Notes under the pieces: model-generated
Databases searched by the model: none
What the model was told of the DNA's origin: nothing
The model's input: only the letters and a program-made list of their open reading frames with translations
Shown here: piece after piece, positions 1 to 8,840 of the stretch
How positions within the stretch are numbered: position 1 is the stretch's first letter
How the letters are laid out: each line of letters opens with the position of its first letter
Program-made: the position numbers and the translations under genes
Source: an uncultured virus (IMG/VR IMGVR_UViG_3300011883_000001)
Lineage: Duplodnaviria; Heunggongvirae; Uroviricota; Caudoviricetes; Schitoviridae
Length of the DNA: 64,000 nt
Strand: one strand, 5' to 3'
IMG/VR virus record: IMGVR_UViG_3300011883_000001

Positions 1-301
1 ACGATTCAAACCTACTGGTGTAGGTGTGATGCAGTTTGACCACGTTATTCAGTCAGTCAACCAGGTAGCTACAATCCATGAATTTAAGAAACTTAAATTT
101 AAGGGAGGAGGCGGTACTAATATTGAGCCAGTACTGCAGCATTTTAAAACCAAATCACAAGCTAAAGCTTTGATCGTACTGACAGATGGATACTTCCATC
201 ACAGTAAAGAAATGGACCCAAATAAACCTGTTGTATGGCTTATCTACGATAACCCAGGATGGCAACCTCCATTTGGTACAGCTATTTACTTTGACAATTA
301 A
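1..301 (+). CDS. vWA-domain protein, C-terminal part (N4 gp25-like metallopeptidase/vWA); 5' truncated by the window edge
   Basis: Frame open from position 2; MIDAS-type GGGGT...LIVLTDG...PVVW motifs. Confidence 0.8.
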   Translation, partial: RFKPTGVGVMQFDHVIQSVNQVATIHEFKKLKFKGGGGTNIEPVLQHFKTKSQAKALIVLTDGYFHHSKEMDPNKPVVWLIYDNPGWQPPFGTAIYFDN

Positions 302-303
302 TA

Positions 304-325
304 TAAGGACTCTACGGAGTCCTTA
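304..325 (+). terminator. Hairpin TAAGGACTC-TACG-GAGTCCTTA
   Basis: 9-bp perfect stem right after the vWA stop; weak U-tract. Confidence 0.55.
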
Positions 326-392
326 AACTATTTTAAATTATGAAGGAATAACTAAACAACTTCGTGAAGCTATTTATGATGATATCTATGCT

Positions 393-893
393 TTGAAATT
401 TCCAATTTTATTTAAAGATTGGGAACAACGTAAAAATGAATTCTTACTTAAAGCTTATTGGTCGCAACTGTCTAAAGAAGAGTATCAGCTGTTACATTCA
501 TTACCTGAAATGATTGTAGGAAAACCTAGCGTAGGTTATTTATATTTTTACGATAAGGTTTATGAAAATATTAGTGTAAGCCTGACTTCTTACGTTATGA
601 ATGCTAATGGTCAGCAGTATAATATGCGCGAACATAACGTAGCTAAACATATCTATCAAGAGTATATAGCACTAAGTAAAGAAAAAGAAAAACTTGATGC
701 AGAAGTTGAAAGCTTTAAAGCTCAAGTATGGTCTGTACTAAACTCAGTGACTACAGTTAATAAACTGAAAGAGTTATGGGTAGAGATTTCAGATATTGTA
801 GATCGCAATATTAATCCTAATATTTCACAATCTACTTATTTACCAGCAACTACAATTGCTCAATTAAATAAGAGTATTCCTCTACCTCAATAA
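393..893 (+). CDS. Nmad5-like (nucleotide-modification-associated) protein; start uncertain
   Basis: C-terminal LNSVTTVNKLKELW resembles the Nmad5 motif; frame is open upstream to 327 (ITKQLREAI). Confidence 0.6.
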   Translation: MKFPILFKDWEQRKNEFLLKAYWSQLSKEEYQLLHSLPEMIVGKPSVGYLYFYDKVYENISVSLTSYVMNANGQQYNMREHNVAKHIYQEYIALSKEKEKLDAEVESFKAQVWSVLNSVTTVNKLKELWVEISDIVDRNINPNISQSTYLPATTIAQLNKSIPLPQ

Positions 894-907
894 TTACTTA
901 TGCCCTT

Positions 908-932
908 AGCCTAGATTCGTCTAGGCTTTTTT
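908..932 (+). terminator. Intrinsic terminator
   Basis: AGCCTAGA-TTCG-TCTAGGCT followed by a T run. Confidence 0.8.
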
Positions 933-956
933 AATTCTAAATTCAAGGAGATCTTC

Positions 957-1301
957 ATGGGATATCGTAGTGAAATCTGCTGTAAAATACATGTAGGTGA
1001 GAAATTTCAATTTGATGCTTTATTAGAAAAACATGGCTTACTTGATTATTTTGAAATTACTGAACCTCCCCGTTCAGAGGAAGAAACTCACCCCCACCCA
1101 TACTATAAGTATCATACCCTTGGTCTAAAGTGGTACAACTCTTATCCTGACGTACAAGAAATTAACCAATTCTTCCGTGATTCAAAATATTCATTGCTTA
1201 TACGTTTAGGTGAAGATGGAGGAGATATTGAAACCATAGGTAACATAGATCCTGACGAACTATCCGTTTATGCATATACAACTAACGTAATTGATTGGTA
1301 A
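957..1301 (+). CDS. Conserved phage hypothetical protein
   Basis: AAGGAG RBS; MGYRS...LKWY...FF...IRLGEDxxD pattern common in phages. Confidence 0.8.
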   Translation: MGYRSEICCKIHVGEKFQFDALLEKHGLLDYFEITEPPRSEEETHPHPYYKYHTLGLKWYNSYPDVQEINQFFRDSKYSLLIRLGEDGGDIETIGNIDPDELSVYAYTTNVIDW

Positions 1302-1351
1302 GCAGACTCCGTCTGCTCATTACGAACTGAGATCTAAACCCAGGAATAAAC

Positions 1352-2548
1352 ATGATTCAACTAACTGATGAGCAGACTGCTGCTATCTCACAACTCATTA
1401 ACGAACTTACTAAACCAAATGCAAGATACGTTACACTTACTGGAGGTAGTGGTGTTGGTAAGACAACAGTAATCAAGGAATTTATTAATCAATGGGAATT
1501 ATTAAAACAACTTGATCCTATTACATTTAAAGCAGATAACATTCACGTAACTGCTACAACCAATAAAGCTGCTGACGTACTTCGTAAGAATCTAGGCAGA
1601 AACGTATCCACGATTCATTCATTGCTTACACTTACAGTTCAACGAGGTAAAGCAGTTCAACGTGGAATCCCTAACGTATCTGAATCAGATATTATCATTG
1701 TAGATGAAGCATCATTCATTGATGATCAGCTACTACAGTACATCCATAAAGCAAATGTACGTGTGGTATTTGTTGGTGATGAATGTCAGCTTAAACCAGT
1801 GAATGCAGATATAGCTCAAGTATTCTTGCCCAGCTTCTGTGTTCAGGTAAAACTGAGCACGGTAATGCGTCAAGCAGAAAACTCAGCTATTCAACGTCTG
1901 TCTTACGCAATGCGTGAAGCAGTAATTTCTGGTGAATATCCAGAAGCAGATGTAAATAACCGTGAGATCTTCTGGCTTGCTCCAGATGAGTTCTTACGTG
2001 CTTTTACTGATGATTGTATGCAATATCCTACAGGTCATGTCAGAGCGTTAGCATGGACAAATAACACTGCTAATAACTATAACCTGAACGCAATGCAAGC
2101 ATGTACAGGACGTACTGAAATGCAGGTAGGAGATCTAGTCACTGTCAACTCTATGGTTCAAACCAGACAAGCAAAGTTTGCTACAGACTCTGTTGTTGAG
2201 ATTACTCGTCTAGGTCAATGGGAAACAGATGCAAGAGGTGTCATATCACGGAATGTTCAATTAGATGGTTATGGTTGGTTTAGACAAGCAGAATCATTGA
2301 AAGAGCTAGATATTAGTCTGGAAGCATTACCCGATCATGAAGCTACGTACCACCGATTATCTACTTATGTAGATTTACGCTACATGTATGCATCTACCGT
2401 CAACAAGGCACAGGGAAGCACCTATGAAATCGTGTATGTTGACTTAAATGATATAGCTCAATGTAGAGACAAAGACCAGGTTATACGCATGGTTTATGTA
2501 GCTGCATCAAGAGCTAAAACCAAATTGGTATTCACAGGTGACATTTAA
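1352..2548 (+). CDS. Dda/RecD-like SF1 DNA helicase (N4 gp37-like)
   Basis: Walker A GGSGVGKT, Walker B IVDEAS, GDECQL, TVNKAQGST, YVAASRA. Confidence 0.93.
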   Translation: MIQLTDEQTAAISQLINELTKPNARYVTLTGGSGVGKTTVIKEFINQWELLKQLDPITFKADNIHVTATTNKAADVLRKNLGRNVSTIHSLLTLTVQRGKAVQRGIPNVSESDIIIVDEASFIDDQLLQYIHKANVRVVFVGDECQLKPVNADIAQVFLPSFCVQVKLSTVMRQAENSAIQRLSYAMREAVISGEYPEADVNNREIFWLAPDEFLRAFTDDCMQYPTGHVRALAWTNNTANNYNLNAMQACTGRTEMQVGDLVTVNSMVQTRQAKFATDSVVEITRLGQWETDARGVISRNVQLDGYGWFRQAESLKELDISLEALPDHEATYHRLSTYVDLRYMYASTVNKAQGSTYEIVYVDLNDIAQCRDKDQVIRMVYVAASRAKTKLVFTGDI

Positions 2549-3060
2549 TGAGAGATCAGATAACAGCTACGCAGATAGCTGAATTAACAACACGGATACT
2601 TCAGGATATAAAAGAACCTTCTAAAAAAGTGTTCTATCTTGGATACAAAGAACTCTGCAAAAAACAGGCTATGGTAACTCCAGCCAATATCATGCAATTC
2701 AAATACGCAGGCACGTTGTTCTATATTGAAGGAGATAAACCAAATCCTAGAGCACAGCCTCTACATCCTTCATTAATGGATGATTTCCTACCTATGTATC
2801 AGTTCTATGTAGTAGACATGCTTAAGCTTTTAAGCAGAGTACGTTACATGATTTCTGACCTCACTCGTATTGCAGTAACGCATGAAGACCTGTATAAGCT
2901 TCTACCTGAATCTCTATACCCTTCATTGGATAAGAGTTCTTATTGCACCTCTGCAACTCAAACCATGAGTGAGAAAGATGCTGAAGAGTTTAAGAAGAAA
3001 TATCAATCACTATTCTCCGATATCACGCTGAGAATATTTCTAGGAGTAGTTAACAATTGA
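2548..3060 (+). CDS. Hypothetical protein (position of N4 gp38)
   Basis: Coupled between helicase and polymerase, as in N4-like synteny. Confidence 0.75.
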   Translation: MRDQITATQIAELTTRILQDIKEPSKKVFYLGYKELCKKQAMVTPANIMQFKYAGTLFYIEGDKPNPRAQPLHPSLMDDFLPMYQFYVVDMLKLLSRVRYMISDLTRIAVTHEDLYKLLPESLYPSLDKSSYCTSATQTMSEKDAEEFKKKYQSLFSDITLRIFLGVVNN

Positions 3061-5651
3061 AAACTCTTAAGTTTACGGATGGTGATCCTACACCAAGGAT
3101 TGCAATTCTAATTAAAGAGTCAGCTTTCAGAGAACAAGCCATAAACCAGTACTATGTACAACCTCTCGTTGCAGCAGGTATTCCTCGTGAGAATATCGTA
3201 GCTTTCTCTTTGGAGTACTTCCAAGGCAAAGCTTCAGCTGCAATCGTAAAGGATTGGATAGCTACCTGGTTTAAAGCTATTGTAGATAGTGGAGTTACGC
3301 ACATCCTTTGTGCTGACTCTGCTTATTTCAAAGGAATTACCAAGGAATCTAAAGCAGACCCTCTACTTGGTATTGCAGTACCCAGTAAAGTACAAGACTG
3401 TCCTGAAGTAAGTATCTTTTATTCTTTGGGTTATGGAGCTTTGATTCATAATCCAAACCAAGAACATAAGATCACAAACTCTATTTATGCCATGGTATCT
3501 CACTACCAGGGTAACTATGTAGAGGTAGGTACAGATATTATTCATATGGAATCATACCCTCAGAAGATCTCCGAAATTGAGAAGGCTTTACAAGACTTAC
3601 ACCAATATCCTGAACTTGTGACAGATATAGAAACCTTCTCTTTGAATTTAAGAGATGCTGGGTTAGCCAGTATTGGTTTTGCATGGAACAAACATGAAGG
3701 TTTATCTTTCTTGTGTGACTACAGACCAATTCCTGAAGACGAAGGTTTCTATGGAACACGTAAGACAAATCTTACAGTGCGTAAGCTATTGCGTACATTC
3801 TTTGATTCCTACCAAGGCAAGATCATTGCTCACAATGCATCCTTTGACTTCAAGAATCTTATCCACTGTCTTTGGATGGAACACCCGTTAGACTGGAAAG
3901 GTATGATCCTTGGTTTAGAAACATTGACACGATGTTTTGACGATACCAAGATCATTGCGTATTTAGCTTTAAATTCATGTGCTAAACAAGAGTATGGATT
4001 GAAGAAGCTTGCTCAACCTTTTGCAGGTAACTGGGCTGAATCTGAGATCAATGATGTCAGACGTATTCAAGCTGTAGACTTGCTACGCTATAACCTTGTG
4101 GATTGTCTAAGTACTTGGTATGTGAAAGAGACTTATGAACCTCTCATGGACCAGGATAATCAGAGACAAGTCTATGAAGAGATTATGCTTCCATCTTTAA
4201 TTACGATTATTCAGATGGAATGTCATGGCGTACCTTTAGATCCTAAACGTGTAGATGAAGTAGAGCTAGAACTGCAAACCATCAAGGATGAAATCATTCA
4301 TCTTTTAGATAGCTCTATGTATGTTGTGGATGCAACAGACCGTATTCAAGAGAATGCTATGCACAAAGCAAATGCCAAACTTAAGAAGAAAGTCAGACCA
4401 CGACATGAGTTCACAGAACCTATGAACTTTGGAAGTGGAGATCAGCTTGCAGTATTGCTGTATCAATCCATGGAATTACCTATTATTGAGTTCACAGATT
4501 CAGGTGATCCTTCTACGTCTACTAAGACATTAGAGAAGCTGATTAACCATGCACGTGATGAAGACATGCGTACATGCTTACAGAAGTTGATTGAACTGTC
4601 TAAGGTATCCAAAGTACTTGATGCATTCATCCCTACAATGCAGGATGCCTGGATTAAAGCAGATGGCTATGCTTACCTACATGGTTCATTTAACCTTGGA
4701 GGAACGAAATCTGGACGCTTATCCAGTAATGGACCAAACCTGCAGAACTTACCTGCTAAAGGACCACTAGCTAAACTGATCAAGTCTTGCTTTGTTAGTC
4801 CTCAATCCAAGATCTTTTGTAGTGCAGATTTTAATGCTTTGGAGGATCGTATTAATACTATCCTGACTAACGATCCTAACAAGGTGAAGATCTACAGTGA
4901 TGGTTATGATTCCCATAGCTTCCGTACTTTCTATTACTGGGGGGATCAGATGCCAGATATTGTGGATACAGTTGAATCTATTAACAGTATTCCAGATCTG
5001 TATCCTGATCTTCGTAGTCGTAGTAAAAACCCTACCTTTGCTCTAACTTTCCTGGGTACTTGGATGACACTCATGAAGAACTGTGGATTCCCAGAGGATG
5101 AAGCTAAACGAGTTGAAGCCAATTATCATAAAATGTATGAAGCTTCAGGTAAGTGGGTAAAAGCCAAGATTGATCAAGCTGCTCAGGATGGTTATACCAC
5201 TCTAGCTTTTGGCTTGAGATTACGTACTCCTTTACTGAAGAAAACAGTAATGGGTAGTAGTCTTAAATCTAAGGAATCAGAAGCTGAAGCACGTACCATG
5301 GGTAATGCTGTATCAGGACAATCCTATGGTTTATTGAACTGTAGAGCTGCGAATGAAATGCGTGAACGTATTTATACTTCACCTTATAAATACGACATTA
5401 TGCCTATCATGCAAATCCATGATGCTCAGTACTACATCATTAAAGATGATCTTGAAGTTGTAGAATGGTTTAACCGTAACTTGACTGAATGTATGTCTTG
5501 GCAGGAGCTTCCTGAACTTAAACATGATGTGGTAAATCTCGGAGCTGAAACGGACTTACACTTCCCTTCGTGGAAGCAAGCTATCACCCTCAAAAACGAT
5601 GCATCAATAGAAGATATTATCTTAACTGTTGATAAAGAACTGACAGCCTAG
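3057..5651 (+). CDS. Family A DNA polymerase with 3'-5' exonuclease and a probable UDG-like N-terminal domain (N4 gp39-like)
   Basis: ExoI DIET, ExoII HNASFD, ExoIII YNLVD; TKSGRLSS..PNLQN; motif A ADFNALE; motif C QIHDA. Confidence 0.95.
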   Translation: MKTLKFTDGDPTPRIAILIKESAFREQAINQYYVQPLVAAGIPRENIVAFSLEYFQGKASAAIVKDWIATWFKAIVDSGVTHILCADSAYFKGITKESKADPLLGIAVPSKVQDCPEVSIFYSLGYGALIHNPNQEHKITNSIYAMVSHYQGNYVEVGTDIIHMESYPQKISEIEKALQDLHQYPELVTDIETFSLNLRDAGLASIGFAWNKHEGLSFLCDYRPIPEDEGFYGTRKTNLTVRKLLRTFFDSYQGKIIAHNASFDFKNLIHCLWMEHPLDWKGMILGLETLTRCFDDTKIIAYLALNSCAKQEYGLKKLAQPFAGNWAESEINDVRRIQAVDLLRYNLVDCLSTWYVKETYEPLMDQDNQRQVYEEIMLPSLITIIQMECHGVPLDPKRVDEVELELQTIKDEIIHLLDSSMYVVDATDRIQENAMHKANAKLKKKVRPRHEFTEPMNFGSGDQLAVLLYQSMELPIIEFTDSGDPSTSTKTLEKLINHARDEDMRTCLQKLIELSKVSKVLDAFIPTMQDAWIKADGYAYLHGSFNLGGTKSGRLSSNGPNLQNLPAKGPLAKLIKSCFVSPQSKIFCSADFNALEDRINTILTNDPNKVKIYSDGYDSHSFRTFYYWGDQMPDIVDTVESINSIPDLYPDLRSRSKNPTFALTFLGTWMTLMKNCGFPEDEAKRVEANYHKMYEASGKWVKAKIDQAAQDGYTTLAFGLRLRTPLLKKTVMGSSLKSKESEAEARTMGNAVSGQSYGLLNCRAANEMRERIYTSPYKYDIMPIMQIHDAQYYIIKDDLEVVEWFNRNLTECMSWQELPELKHDVVNLGAETDLHFPSWKQAITLKNDASIEDIILTVDKELTA

Positions 5652-5683
5652 GAATTACTCCTAGGTTCGCCTAGGAGAATTTA

Positions 5684-5995
5684 ATGGATATAGATTTAGA
5701 AACAATCGAAGCTCTTAATGAAATTATTGAAATAGATCTTAAACCTGATTCCTGTAAACCAATATTTGAAAATTTAAATATCACTCTTATCCATGCTGAG
5801 ACTAACATGTTACATGGTGATAACTGGTTTCTAACACTTAACGGTAATACTTATAACACTTCTAAGTTTCGTGGAAAAATTAAACTACCTGACTGTCTTC
5901 ATGAAGCAGTTATCAGTACTTACTACTTAACTCAGAATCTTGATTTAATAAAAGAAATACTTAAAGGTTATATAGAGAATTACCATGAGACTTGA
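5684..5995 (+). CDS. Hypothetical protein, member of a small paralogue family
   Basis: AGGAG RBS; C-terminus LPDCLHEAVISTYYLT resembles the next gene. Confidence 0.8.
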   Translation: MDIDLETIEALNEIIEIDLKPDSCKPIFENLNITLIHAETNMLHGDNWFLTLNGNTYNTSKFRGKIKLPDCLHEAVISTYYLTQNLDLIKEILKGYIENYHET

Positions 5996-6293
5996 TCTAT
6001 TACATCTTGCTAGAGACATCTGTGTTTTAGACTTCAATGCTACTCTAGCTTTACCTGTCTTTGAACGTTTACGCATACCTGCTAGTAATGTATCAAACGT
6101 TAACGGAGATACTTGCTATATCTATGATGATATGACATTCGTAAGAACAACTGGGATTAGAGACGCAGGCTCTTTAGCTGTTCCTGACGAAATTACTGAA
6201 GCAGTGATTGTAATGTATTACATCACGCGTTCTTTACCTCAAGTTAAAGATTTAATCATCAGACATCTGGAGAATAAAGATGTCCATATATAA
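5985..6293 (+). CDS. Hypothetical protein, paralogue of 5684..5995
   Basis: VPDEITEAVIVMYYIT; overlaps the upstream stop. Confidence 0.8.
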   Translation: MRLDLLHLARDICVLDFNATLALPVFERLRIPASNVSNVNGDTCYIYDDMTFVRTTGIRDAGSLAVPDEITEAVIVMYYITRSLPQVKDLIIRHLENKDVHI

Positions 6294-6573
6294 CAACACT
6301 ATTGATTGTATTTACGACCTGGACTTTCCTTGTAGCCAAGAGAATCTAGATATTCTTAATGCCTATGGCTATAACGTGACTAAACTTCCTGACATGCGTT
6401 ATAACTTTAGTTTTAACGTTAACGTTAACGTAGGAACACCAGTAATCCATGACACTCCTCTAAATAAGTACCAGAAGCCAATCAACTTAGAAGAATTCCT
6501 GAAGCTAATGATTACCTGTAATTGGGACGAAGAAGTTGCTAAAGCGTACTACGCTAATTTAGATTCTGAATAA
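6280..6573 (+). CDS. Hypothetical protein
   Basis: GGAG RBS; coupled to the upstream gene. Confidence 0.75.
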   Translation: MSIYNNTIDCIYDLDFPCSQENLDILNAYGYNVTKLPDMRYNFSFNVNVNVGTPVIHDTPLNKYQKPINLEEFLKLMITCNWDEEVAKAYYANLDSE

Positions 6574-6643
6574 ACCTCACGCATTACGTGGTATTTCAAG
6601 TATATATTCTCTAGAATGATCTTGTCCTATCAGGAGGCACAAG

Positions 6644-6952
6644 ATGGCTAGTTCAGACCAACCTGATGTGATGGTAAATGCAGTAGCGGTATTCATAGGC
6701 TGTGTTGCAGCTTATGTCACTATTGCAAATAAAGTGCTACGTAAACGTAAGAAGATCTCTAAACTATGGCTCAGTACAGAGATTGGATCATGTATTCTAG
6801 CAGCGTTCATCGGATGGGAAACATATGAGTTTGTAGCTCAATTGCTACCATTCTTAAGTAAGCAACTTTATTGTGTAATTTGTATTTATATGAGTTCACG
6901 GTTAATCATCTTACTTGAAAAGAGAACGGAGAATGCCATAACATCAATCTAA
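6644..6952 (+). CDS. Putative holin (three hydrophobic segments)
   Basis: AGGAGG RBS; 102 aa, three TM-like stretches, basic loop RKRKK, charged C-terminus; no other holin candidate near the endolysin. Confidence 0.6.
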   Translation: MASSDQPDVMVNAVAVFIGCVAAYVTIANKVLRKRKKISKLWLSTEIGSCILAAFIGWETYEFVAQLLPFLSKQLYCVICIYMSSRLIILLEKRTENAITSI

Positions 6953-6956
6953 CCCT

Positions 6957-6983
6957 AAACCCTCGTAATGAGGGTTTTCTTTT
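6957..6983 (+). terminator. Intrinsic terminator
   Basis: AAACCCTC-GTAAT-GAGGGTTT followed by TCTTTT. Confidence 0.75.
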
Positions 6984-6999
6984 AATAGGAAATTAAACC

Positions 7000-7749
7000 A
7001 TGATTGCATTAGCAGGTGCTCATCGTGTAGGTAAGACTACATTAGCTAACCTAGTATCTAAGAATACAACTTTACACCTAAAAGAATTGAACACAGGGGA
7101 TGTATTTAAAACTCTTGGTTTAGATGTTAAGAGTTCAATTGACCCTGTAGAACGTCTTATGCTGCAACAAGCTATGTTTCAAAATTATAAGAAACATATT
7201 GATGGCAGTAGCATTAGTAAATATATCTTTGATCGTAGTCCTTTAGACTATGCTGCATATACGCTTTACCATATGCGTGCTTATCCTGAATATTCAGATG
7301 CTACTAACAAAATTGTTAAAAATTTTCTTGGTTTAACAGAGAAGTTTGCTCAGATCTTCTTAGTACAACCAGGTATTCCACCATCTGATTACCCTACGTC
7401 AGCTCCTTATGATGAACAGCAAATCCAGGAGATTACTGACATTATAAAAAGCTTGTCTATGTCTCCAGATATGAAATCTCATATGACAATCATAGCTAAA
7501 GAAAATACTGGTTTATATTCACGTATGCAGGTTATCCATGATTACTTAGTGAAAACCAAAGAACCTGAAGGAGATGATCATATAGATACAATAGGTAGCA
7601 TTGTGTCTATGGGTAAGAATCCTTTTTTATCTACAGTTCACGTACCTCTTTATGAAGATAAATCATCTGCACATTTTAATTTATCATCTACGGAAGAACG
7701 TATTAAACAAGACGTTATTAATAGTTTAATTAATAAAGGTAAACAATGA
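7000..7749 (+). CDS. P-loop nucleotide kinase-like protein (AAA_28/NadR-like)
   Basis: GAHRVGKTT Walker A and DRSPLD motif typical of dNMP-kinase-like folds. Confidence 0.75.
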   Translation: MIALAGAHRVGKTTLANLVSKNTTLHLKELNTGDVFKTLGLDVKSSIDPVERLMLQQAMFQNYKKHIDGSSISKYIFDRSPLDYAAYTLYHMRAYPEYSDATNKIVKNFLGLTEKFAQIFLVQPGIPPSDYPTSAPYDEQQIQEITDIIKSLSMSPDMKSHMTIIAKENTGLYSRMQVIHDYLVKTKEPEGDDHIDTIGSIVSMGKNPFLSTVHVPLYEDKSSAHFNLSSTEERIKQDVINSLINKGKQ

Positions 7750-8102
7750 ATCCAATATATAAATCAGTACCTCTTGCTGAAATAGCAGCTATTGTTTTGC
7801 AAGAACTAGTACCTCTCAGTTATCAAACCAAGAGAACAAATCTACCTTCAGTATTTCAAGTAGAATTTATATCTGCTGCATTTAAACAGATTGAATTTAA
7901 ACTGGTATATGTAGAGCGAGAGCGTACTTTACTAGATCGTTTACTTAAACGTACTCGTTATGAGATTGCAGCTCTGCAGTCTAAAGAATTTGGTAATGTT
8001 CTGCTTTCTACCGTAGATACAACTCAAGGTATTTCAGATAAACCAAAAGGTTTAGAAGTACTACACGTGACAACTCTACAAGCAATCTATGACTATCACT
8101 AA
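7746..8102 (+). CDS. Hypothetical protein
   Basis: ATGA overlap with the kinase; AAGG RBS. Confidence 0.75.
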   Translation: MNPIYKSVPLAEIAAIVLQELVPLSYQTKRTNLPSVFQVEFISAAFKQIEFKLVYVERERTLLDRLLKRTRYEIAALQSKEFGNVLLSTVDTTQGISDKPKGLEVLHVTTLQAIYDYH

Positions 8103-8182
8103 CGCTCTCTATTGCAGCTAACGGTTAGCTAAAGCTAACCTTGCTGCACGAGAGCTTATATTTATTTTTAAAGAGAAAACAA

Positions 8183-8809
8183 ATGACTGAACTAGTCTTA
8201 GCTATTCAACGCTCACAACTTAACTTACCTTCAAATGCTAATGGTGTATTTGATGTAGATCTAAATACAGTTGATCCACATGCATATGCATTACTACCAC
8301 GACATATTGCAGATAATAAATCTGAAGAGTCTATTCAATTAGGTCGTCTATATCCTCAGATTCTTGCATACGTGCAGTTTGTAAACCAGGAAGGTAAATA
8401 CCTTACTTATGCTCGTAAAGGCAAAGAGAAGGGATTACATGGCTTACGCTCAATAGGTATTGGAGGTCATGTAAGCCATGATGATTTTGAAGATTCTCAT
8501 TCTAATTATTTAGAAGGATTACCTAACTTACTTGAAATTATTCAATATGGTTATATCCGTGAATTATTTGAAGAGACTGGTTTCCAGTCAACACCTCAAC
8601 CTTTATTTTATAAGTTGGTAGTATCTAATGCTAACCCTACTTCTGAAGTACACGTTGGTTTATTACGGACTATTCATATTAAATCACCTACTATTCTTAC
8701 ATTAGCTGATGATGAATTTTTAGATGTTCAATGGTTAACAGCTGATGAACTAAAAGCTAATATTGAACAGTATGAACCTTGGTCCCAAGAGATCATTAAA
8801 TCTTGGTAA
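8183..8809 (+). CDS. NUDIX hydrolase (MutT-family phosphoesterase type)
   Basis: SIGIGGHV ... RELFEETG NUDIX box, VHVG, YEPWS; ATG 8183 preferred over TTG 8141, which lies in a hairpin. Confidence 0.85.
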   Translation: MTELVLAIQRSQLNLPSNANGVFDVDLNTVDPHAYALLPRHIADNKSEESIQLGRLYPQILAYVQFVNQEGKYLTYARKGKEKGLHGLRSIGIGGHVSHDDFEDSHSNYLEGLPNLLEIIQYGYIRELFEETGFQSTPQPLFYKLVVSNANPTSEVHVGLLRTIHIKSPTILTLADDEFLDVQWLTADELKANIEQYEPWSQEIIKSW

Positions 8810-8810
8810 T

Positions 8811-8840
8811 AAATAAGCCCTCTAAGTGAGGGCTTATTTT
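8811..8840. terminator. Bidirectional terminator between convergent genes
   Basis: AAATAAGCCCTC-TAAGT-GAGGGCTTATTT. Confidence 0.85.

Noticed and set aside
1301..1317. AGCAGAC-TCC-GTCTGCT hairpin (GGA triloop on the template strand) as a vRNAP promoter
   Set aside because: Lacks the GC-loop-GC core and a G at the predicted +1; its function is unclear
6413..6428. TTAACGTTAACGTTAA tandem palindrome
   Set aside because: Inside a CDS encoding NVNVNV; no regulatory context
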